Of a stretch of 64,000 bases of DNA, positions 57,690 through 64,000 are shown one piece after another. Within the stretch, counting starts at the first letter, position 1. The number at the start of each line of letters is the position of its first letter. This DNA comes from Patescibacteria group bacterium. GTDB taxonomy: Bacteria; Patescibacteriota; Minisyncoccia; Moranbacterales; DUUL01. The translations under genes and the position numbers were made by a program. Below the pieces are notes generated by a model. The model did not search any database and was not told the origin of the DNA. It saw nothing but the letters and a program-made list of their open reading frames with translations. The DNA lies in assembly GCA_015493225.1 (NCBI GenBank), contig WGDO01000031.1, positions 1,355 to 65,354 of the forward strand. Direction: 5' to 3'.

Positions 57690-59105
57690 ATGAAAAAAGC
57701 AATGGTGAAAATTAAATTGGTTTTGGAGGAGCAAAGTCAAAAAAGTAGGGCTGGTTTTGTAAAAGTAAAATTTAATGAAAAAATAAAACAGAGTAGGATG
57801 TGTAAGATTGACGGGAGAAACGTGCTGGAAGTAAAGATAGGAAAACCAAATGAAATGAATAGGAGAAAGTGGATTGTTTTTTGTCGTGGTTTGGTGCAGG
57901 TGGCTAAAAGTAATGGTATTGAAAGGTTAGAGGTTGCTTGGGATAGGTTGACTAACTTTAAGAATTTAGAACAAGATGATCTGGGACAATTGTTTGCAGA
58001 AGCGGTTGAGATGGCAAATTATGAGTTTAGAAAATACAAAAAGAAGCCAAAGGAAGGGTGGGGTGACATTAAGGAAGTTAAACTTGTTTTTTCTGACGAG
58101 AAAGTGAAGCGACAAATAAATAAGGAAATAAAAAAGGGATTGTCGGTAGTTAGTTGGGTCAATTATGCGCGGGAATTAGCGAATATTTCTGGTGGAGATT
58201 TGACACCGATTGGATTGGTTAAGGAAATTCGTAAAATTATTAAAGGAAGGGATATTAAAATGAAGGTGTTGGGGGAAAAAGAAATGAAGAAGATAGGAAT
58301 GAATGGTGTGTTGGCGGTTGGGCGAGGGAGTGGAGAACAGTCCCAATTTATTATTTTGGAATACAAAAATGGGGCAGGTAAGCCAATTGTTTTAGTAGGC
58401 AAGGGAGTAACTTTTGATAGTGGAGGGATTGACACTAAACCGCATCCACATGGTTTGGAAATGATGATGGATATGAGTGGAGCATCATCTGTCTTGGCGA
58501 CCTTATTGGCTGTCAATGACTTACAATTAAAGAAAAATGTAATCGTTTTAATTCCGGCAGTGGAAAATATGCCTTCAGGATCAAGTATGCGTCCTGGGGA
58601 TGTAATTAAAATGTACAATGGCGTCAATGTGGAAATCGGACATACCGATGCGGAGGGACGATTGATTTTGGCTGATGCGTTGGCCTATGCTAAAAAGTTT
58701 AAGCCAGGAATGGTGGTTGATGTTGCTACTTTGACTGGAGCATCATTGGTTGCTTTGGGAACAAAAGCAAATGCCTTGATGACTAGAAACGATGATTTGG
58801 CTAAACGGATAGAAAAATTAGCCGAACGAACAGGAGATTATGTTTGGCGTTTACCTTTATGGGAAGAATATGAAGGGGATATTGCCGGGGAAAGAGGAGA
58901 TATTGCCAATATTAACACCAAAGCAAAACCGGGCGAGGGAAGCACTATCACAGCTGGTATTTTTCTTTGGAATTTTGCTAAAGAATATGATAAGTGGGTA
59001 CATTTAGATATTGCGCCTAGGATGACGGCCGATTCTAACGAACAACTAGCTAAGGGTGCTGCCGGTCCGGCTATTAGATTATTGATAGAACTTTTGGAAA
59101 AATAA
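57690..59105 (+). CDS. pepA: Leucyl aminopeptidase (M17)
   Basis: GKGVTFDSGG, DMSG, ENMP, TDAEGRL.LAD, ATLTG, HLDIA. Confidence 0.95.
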   Translation: MKKAMVKIKLVLEEQSQKSRAGFVKVKFNEKIKQSRMCKIDGRNVLEVKIGKPNEMNRRKWIVFCRGLVQVAKSNGIERLEVAWDRLTNFKNLEQDDLGQLFAEAVEMANYEFRKYKKKPKEGWGDIKEVKLVFSDEKVKRQINKEIKKGLSVVSWVNYARELANISGGDLTPIGLVKEIRKIIKGRDIKMKVLGEKEMKKIGMNGVLAVGRGSGEQSQFIILEYKNGAGKPIVLVGKGVTFDSGGIDTKPHPHGLEMMMDMSGASSVLATLLAVNDLQLKKNVIVLIPAVENMPSGSSMRPGDVIKMYNGVNVEIGHTDAEGRLILADALAYAKKFKPGMVVDVATLTGASLVALGTKANALMTRNDDLAKRIEKLAERTGDYVWRLPLWEEYEGDIAGERGDIANINTKAKPGEGSTITAGIFLWNFAKEYDKWVHLDIAPRMTADSNEQLAKGAAGPAIRLLIELLEK

Positions 59106-59275
59106 TTTCTAAGGCTGATTTATATTCTGCTTATTTGGGGTATAAGGTTTTTTATGAGAGCGAGGGAAAGTAAATTTTAAGTTTTAAATTTTAAATTTTA
59201 AATTTTTAATTGATGTATTTTTTGGGTATTTAATAGTACTGTAGAGATTAAGTGCTTGAATAAATTACAGGCATA

Positions 59276-59317
59276 AAAAGAAACCCGCCGAAGCAAGGTT
59301 TCTGCTTGGGCGGGTTA
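59276..59317 (-). terminator. Intrinsic terminator of the 59369-59896 gene
   Basis: AACCCGCC.AAGCA..TGCTT.GGCGGGTT with an A-run on the + strand side. Confidence 0.6.
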
Positions 59318-59368
59318 ACAACAGGAGAACATCAACCAATCTCAGCTAGGATGGCGAGTTGGTTGGGG

Positions 59369-59896
59369 TTATTCTGGAAGAATGTGAATAAGATGTTGCA
59401 AAAGCAGTCCTACATAAGTACACTTTCCAGCCAGAAGAGAAGTTGGATCAGTGTTTTTGAAAATATCAAAATTAGATATCTCCTTATCGGCTACATTGTG
59501 AAATGCGCAGGAAACAGTATGCGCATTTATTTTAATATTTTTCAATTTCTGGTTAATCTCAGGAAGAGTATTATCACTTGAGCCATTATAAAGGGATTTT
59601 AATTTGGATAAAGTAATGATAATCGGAGCAAGTTGATAAATTGAATTTAGATCTTGAGCTTGAGAAACAACGCTCAAGACAGACAACGAGCAGTTGGTGT
59701 GAACGTGACATGATATAATATCATCAGGATCACTCAATCCTACCAGCTCTTTTCCATTGATATCCCAGGTATTGCCAGTTATTCTAAGGTGGAGTTTTGA
59801 ATTGTTGGTTAATGTTATTTCGCAGAGTGAGCCGTTTTTAAACATGTAATATTGACGAACTTGACCCATCAAGATGTTATCTTTTTTAAATGGCAT
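59369..59896 (-). CDS. Hypothetical protein (orphan)
   Basis: 175 aa; GAGG RBS; downstream terminator; no recognisable motif. Confidence 0.55.
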   Translation of the reverse strand: MPFKKDNILMGQVRQYYMFKNGSLCEITLTNNSKLHLRITGNTWDINGKELVGLSDPDDIISCHVHTNCSLSVLSVVSQAQDLNSIYQLAPIIITLSKLKSLYNGSSDNTLPEINQKLKNIKINAHTVSCAFHNVADKEISNFDIFKNTDPTSLLAGKCTYVGLLLQHLIHILPE

Positions 59897-60001
59897 GGAA
59901 TATTCCTCACTTGTTGAGATTTATAAGGTTGTAAAAAAAGAGCTAAATATTAGTACATAAATATTTATAGCATACAAAATATTAAAAAGCAAGAAATTTT
60001 T

Positions 60002-60799
60002 ATGAGCAAATTAGATTTTAAAAATAAACTATTAAATATTTACAAACCCAAAGGGGTATCGTCTTTTGATGTGGTGAGGGATGTTAAGCGGATGACTGGG
60101 GAGAAAAAAGTTGGGCATGCTGGGACTTTGGATCCTTTGGCGGAGGGAGTACTAATTGTTGGTGTTGGTCGGGAGGCGACTAAGCGGTTGCGGTTTGTGT
60201 TGGAGGAGGACAAAGAATATGTTGGGGAGATTAAATTGGGAATGGTTAGTACGACGGATGATGAGGAAGGGAGGAAGTCGAAAGTCCATAAAGTTCATAA
60301 AGTCCATAAAGTTCATAAAGTCGAAAGTTTACCCCGTCGAATGACTTTGGGTCGGAAGTCTACAGAGTCGAAAGTAGCGAGCAAAACAATCTGGCCGAGT
60401 AAAATAGAAATAGAAAAAGTAATACAAGAAAATTTTATTGGGGATATCGTGCAAATAACGCCGACATATAGTGCGGTGAAGATTGGGGGAGAGCGAGCTT
60501 ATAAAAAAGCGCGACGAGGAGAAAAATTTACTCGTCCGCCACGAATTGTTACTATTAAAGAAGTTAAGATTCTAGATTATCAATTAAAATCTTTTAAGAA
60601 AATTAAACAATCTGATGATTCTAATATATCAGCAGGAAAATATCCTGTTTTGAAAATTAAAACAGTGGTTGGCTCTGGTACCTATATTCGTTCCTTGGCT
60701 CGGGAAATTGGTGAAAAGCTTGGTACTGGTGGTTATTTAACATCGCTGGTGCGAACACGAATTGGAAATTATAAAATGGAAGATAGTGTGAGATTATAA
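60002..60799 (+). CDS. truB: tRNA pseudouridine(55) synthase with a repeat-derived insertion
   Basis: KPKG.SS, KVGHAGTLDPLA.G, P.YSAVK..G.RAY, GTYIRSLA. Confidence 0.96.
   Translation: MSKLDFKNKLLNIYKPKGVSSFDVVRDVKRMTGEKKVGHAGTLDPLAEGVLIVGVGREATKRLRFVLEEDKEYVGEIKLGMVSTTDDEEGRKSKVHKVHKVHKVHKVESLPRRMTLGRKSTESKVASKTIWPSKIEIEKVIQENFIGDIVQITPTYSAVKIGGERAYKKARRGEKFTRPPRIVTIKEVKILDYQLKSFKKIKQSDDSNISAGKYPVLKIKTVVGSGTYIRSLAREIGEKLGTGGYLTSLVRTRIGNYKMEDSVRL
60275..60385 (+). repeat. Nonamer array (CATAAAGTC/T) plus family F element (60317-60354), in frame in truB
   Basis: Encodes KVHKVHKVHKVHKVESLPRRMTLGRKS; 38 nt identical to 19634-19671. Confidence 0.9.
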
Positions 60800-60877
60800 G
60801 ATAGGATAAATAAATTTACAAAATAAGATAGAGCTTAATATTTAAAGTCAGGTTAATTGATAGAATAAAAACAAAGT

Positions 60878-60911
60878 CAATACTTTAGCGATACGTATCG
60901 CTAAAGTATTG
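60878..60911. repeat. Perfect 34-bp palindrome
   Basis: CAATACTTTAGCGATAC|GTATCGCTAAAGTATTG. Confidence 0.9.
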
Positions 60912-60978
60912 GCTTAAATTTTGTGAAGATAAATATTTTTTAGGGAAGGGTGAATGGAGGAGCATTTTTATAAATACC

Positions 60979-61015
60979 AAAAAACTCCATTTGATAATAA
61001 GAAATGGAGTTTTTT
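60979..61015. terminator. Bidirectional terminator between truB and efp
   Basis: AAAAAACTCCATTT..AAATGGAGTTTTTT. Confidence 0.7.
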
Positions 61016-61086
61016 GTTTTGTGGTGTTGGTTTGTTTGTAATTTTTTAGCCCGGAAATAAAAAATTTAGAATATGGTTTTAATTGG

Positions 61087-61644
61087 CTATCCCTTTTCGG
61101 CGTATTCGGAGGTGGTGGTATTTACTTTGATTTTGTCTCCCTGCTTGATAAAAAGGGGGGTAGTAATTTGAGCGCCGGTTTCAATGATAACTTGTTTAGA
61201 GCCACCGTCGGCGGTATTGCCCTTGACGGCTGGTGGAGCTTCTACTACTTCAAAGGTCATTTTAATTGGCAATTCAATGTTAATTGGTCTATTATCAAAA
61301 TACAGCAGGCTAACATCTACTCCTTCTTTAAGAAATTTGGCATTATCGCCAATAATTTTTGTGTTTAATTCAAATTGTTCGTAGGATTCGTTATCCATAA
61401 AATAGAAAGTATCCCCATCTTGATATAGATATTGAGCTTTTTTGGTGTCAACTTCGGCTGGAGCAACTTTGTCAGAACCTTGAAATGTTTTATTGATGGT
61501 GGCGCCTGTTTCCAGGTTTTTTAATTTGGTACGTAGAACTGCGCCCATTCGTCCCATTTTGGAATGTTGGACGGTCATTACGGAAAAAGGCTGTTCATCA
61601 ATGATGATTTTTTTGCCGGCTTTTATATCTTTGATGGATAACAT
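61087..61644 (-). CDS. efp: Elongation factor P
   Basis: KMGR.GA loop, QYLY, FMD.E.YEQ, P.VKGNTA, PLFI..GD. Confidence 0.96.
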   Translation of the reverse strand: MLSIKDIKAGKKIIIDEQPFSVMTVQHSKMGRMGAVLRTKLKNLETGATINKTFQGSDKVAPAEVDTKKAQYLYQDGDTFYFMDNESYEQFELNTKIIGDNAKFLKEGVDVSLLYFDNRPINIELPIKMTFEVVEAPPAVKGNTADGGSKQVIIETGAQITTPLFIKQGDKIKVNTTTSEYAEKG

Positions 61645-61842
61645 AGGATTTTAATTATGAATTATAAATTGTGAATTATAAATGAAAAGTATATAAAGTT
61701 TATAGAGTCTATAAAGTTTAAAGTCCATAAAGTCTATAAAGTCCGTAAAGTCCATAAAATTTACCCCGTTGGAATTTTATGGGGTCAAAAACCATATCAC
61801 GATTTCAACGCTTAGAACGATTAGAACGTTTTCAACGTTTTT

Positions 61843-62088
61843 CTATTTTGCGACGAAGGGTAGTAGGCCAATTATGCGAGCTCGTTTGATTGCTTGGCTA
61901 ACGGTTCGTTGATGTTTAGAACAAACTTTAGTTCGTTTACGAGGAACTATTTTACCAACGGTATTAATAAATTTTCGAAGTAAAATTACATCTTTATAGT
62001 CTACTAAATCTACATTGTTGGCGCAGAAATAACAAACTTTATCTTGATTTTTTGTTGGCCGTTGTTGTTGTTGACTTTGATTGTACAT
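61843..62088 (-). CDS. rpsR: 30S ribosomal protein S18 (Zn-binding CxxC..CxxH type)
   Basis: DYKD..LL.KF, GKI.PR..T..C.KHQR..AIKRAR..LLP. Confidence 0.97.
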   Translation of the reverse strand: MYNQSQQQQRPTKNQDKVCYFCANNVDLVDYKDVILLRKFINTVGKIVPRKRTKVCSKHQRTVSQAIKRARIIGLLPFVAK

Positions 62089-62258
62089 GTTGTTGTGAAT
62101 TTATGAATTTATAATTATGAATTTATGATTTTACGATTTTAGATATATTGTAAATCCCCCTCCAGTCCCCCTTTAAAAAGGGGGAGGGCTGAGGAAATTT
62201 TTTAAAATTACTAACCTCCTAACTTCCTAAATTCTTAACCTCTTAATCTCTTAATCTC

Positions 62259-62780
62259 TTAAAACGGAATATCTTCTACTTTGATTTCTTCGGTGTCAGC
62301 GTCAACATCTATGGTTGGAATTTCTTCAGCAGCGGGGATATTAACTTCTTCATTGGCTGGTGGAGGCGTGGTGTTTGATTGTGCTCCTGTTCCAGTGCTA
62401 GTGTTTTCCTGGGAATTGTTATTTGAGCTAGGATTTGAATTATTTTCTCCAGGAGCTCCTAACAAAATAACATTTTCAGCAACAACTTCTGTCCAATATT
62501 TTTTCTGTCCGTCCTGTCCGTCATAACTTCGATGAGTTAAACGACCTTCAATATAAACTTTTTTACCTTTGTGAGCGTATTTGGAAATAACGTCACTTAA
62601 TCCTCTCCAGGCAACAATATTATGAAATTGAGCATCCTCTTTCATCTCACCGGTTTGTTGGTCTTTCCAACGACGATTAGTGGCGATGCTAAATTTTGTA
62701 AAGTTAACACCGCTGGGGGTAGCTTTTGTTTCTGGTTCACTGGTAATATTTCCAATGAACATTACTTTGTTAAGATCCAT
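62259..62780 (-). CDS. ssb: Single-stranded DNA-binding protein
   Basis: LNKV..IGN, OB fold, terminal DIPF. Confidence 0.97.
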   Translation of the reverse strand: MDLNKVMFIGNITSEPETKATPSGVNFTKFSIATNRRWKDQQTGEMKEDAQFHNIVAWRGLSDVISKYAHKGKKVYIEGRLTHRSYDGQDGQKKYWTEVVAENVILLGAPGENNSNPSSNNNSQENTSTGTGAQSNTTPPPANEEVNIPAAEEIPTIDVDADTEEIKVEDIPF

Positions 62781-62866
62781 AGTTTTGTTATTAATAATTA
62801 AAACTAAAAATTAAATTATATTATAGATGCGTTGTACATAAAACTATTTATTTTAAGTTGCTAATT

Positions 62867-62925
62867 AAAAACCCCCCATCCCCCCTTTCGCGAAAGGGTG
62901 GGATGACCCCCTTTACACAGGGGGT
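62867..62925 (+). repeat. Family B element lacking the family C insert (empty site)
   Basis: AAAAACCCCCCATCCCCCCTTTCGCGAAAGGGTGGGATGACCCCCTTTA|CACAGGGGGT. Confidence 0.9.
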
Positions 62926-62940
62926 GGATTAAAAATTAAA

Positions 62941-63630
62941 TTATATATCTAGAATTTCATCTAATTTTTTATCAAGATCTTCTATGGAGATTTCATCTTT
63001 TTTTTCTTTTTTCTTGGTCGTTGTTTTTTCTTCCTCTTTCTTGTCTTCTTTCTTGTTCTCTTTTGTTTCCTCTTTTGTTTCTTGTTCTTTACTCCCTGTT
63101 TTTTCTTCTTTTTCTACCTTTGGAGCTTCCTTCTTTACATTCTTTTTCTCTTCTTTGGTGTTAGCTGAAGTCTCAGTTTTTGTAGTGTTTTTTATTGTTG
63201 CTGTTGGAGCAGTTTGTTTTTTAGTCTCTTTGGTAATTTCATCTAAAACTTTTTTGCCAGTTGCTTTGGCAGAAGCGGCGTTTTCTTTGGATTTTTTCTC
63301 TTGTTCAGCCATGGTGTCTTTGCCAATCTCTTTTTGTAAAGCTGGTAGTTCATCACTTTTAACAATGATGTGACGAGCAACTTCGCTTAGAAGATTTAAT
63401 TCCTTGGTTAATTCTTTTAAAACTTCTCCGCTTTCTAAATCAAAACGATAAACTGTATAAAAACCATATTGTTCGTGTTTAATTTCATAGGCAAGTTTTC
63501 TCTTTTTGTATGATAATTCGTCAGTTATTTTACCACCTTTACTTTCAATTAGTTTTTTAACTTGTTGTTTGATTTTGTCTACTTTCTCAGTCTGAGATTG
63601 TAGAATTAGAAAATTTATTTCGTAGTTCAT
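62941..63630 (-). CDS. rpsF: 30S ribosomal protein S6 with a long charged C-terminal extension
   Basis: MNYE, KRKLAYEIK..G.Y, V.RHII; lies in the rpsF-ssb-rpsR operon. Confidence 0.93.
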   Translation of the reverse strand: MNYEINFLILQSQTEKVDKIKQQVKKLIESKGGKITDELSYKKRKLAYEIKHEQYGFYTVYRFDLESGEVLKELTKELNLLSEVARHIIVKSDELPALQKEIGKDTMAEQEKKSKENAASAKATGKKVLDEITKETKKQTAPTATIKNTTKTETSANTKEEKKNVKKEAPKVEKEEKTGSKEQETKEETKENKKEDKKEEEKTTTKKKEKKDEISIEDLDKKLDEILDI

Positions 63631-63801
63631 GATTCAGTGCGTTAGTAATTAGTAAATTAGATTTTGTTTGAATAAATAAAATCCACTTGAGAATAATTCC
63701 TCACAAAGTGGTATTTTAATTTCTTAAATCTGTATAACTAACAGACGAGAAATTATTCGGGCTTTTTAAACTTGTTTTTATGATAGCAGGTGATAACACT
63801 C

Positions 63802-63830
63802 TTGTCAATAGCTTAGATTAAGGGTAGTAT
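63802..63830 (+). promoter_or_regulatory. Sigma70 promoter upstream of hairpin A copy 4
   Basis: TTGTCA-17-TAGTAT. Confidence 0.55.
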
Positions 63831-63840
63831 AAAGATGCTA

Positions 63841-64000
63841 AATAACTTATTTAAACTAAATCTACATATTAAATTTCCCGGCAAGCTTTTTGGATATTAT
63901 TTTCTACCTGATGTTCGACTTCTTCTCATTTTTAAAGTGTCGAACATCAGGTAGAAAATAATATCCAAAAAGCTTGCTGAATAAAGATATGTTTAAAAAG
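63841..64000 (+). repeat. Long hairpin element family A, copy 4 (stem 63881-63977)
   Basis: GCAAGCTTTTTGGATATTATTTTCTACCTGATGTTCGAC..GTCGAACATCAGGTAGAAAATAATATCCAAAAAGCTTGC (fully paired arms). Confidence 0.9.

Noticed and set aside
10466-60799. In-gene insertions as inteins or group I/II introns
   Set aside because: Too short, no C/S...HN intein ends, no ribozyme core recognised, and stop-codon avoidance indicates translation.
63665-63720. Hairpin upstream of rpsF as the S6:S18 autoregulatory leader
   Set aside because: A stem (CCACTT..AAGTGG) exists, but I could not identify the conserved CCR internal-loop/SD pairing; a covariance-model search is needed.
1-64000. Alternative genetic code (UGA=Gly, code 25)
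   Set aside because: Conserved genes are full length under code 11 and several (metG, YraN, DUF389) end properly at TGA.

Overview
AT-rich bacterial chromosome segment using standard code 11 (TGA = stop), with most genes on the G-rich + strand. Gene content suggests Patescibacteria/CPR, Parcubacteria-like (inference). It holds giant repeat-rich surface proteins, metG, tatD, tsaC, recG, ddl, argS, a SecA paralogue, gatCA, miaA, rlmH, pepA, truB, efp and rpsF-ssb-rpsR, plus several glycosyltransferases, a phospholipase C/esterase cluster and one tRNA-Arg(GCG). I found no CRISPR array, transposase, integrase or rRNA. The main unexplained signal is a dense set of tiny repeat families. (A) Four ~100-bp co-varying hairpins, each starting 8-10 nt after a predicted sigma70 -10 box. 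(B/D) A C-run/G-run frame carrying interchangeable hairpin cassettes. (C) A ~30-nt element seen in empty, filled and self-nested sites. (E-H) Heptamer, octamer and nonamer arrays. Most families also sit in frame inside housekeeping genes (metG, tatD, argS, miaA, truB, two glycosyltransferases), where the arrays are altered exactly at would-be stop codons. All calls come from reading the sequence by eye; no database searches were run.
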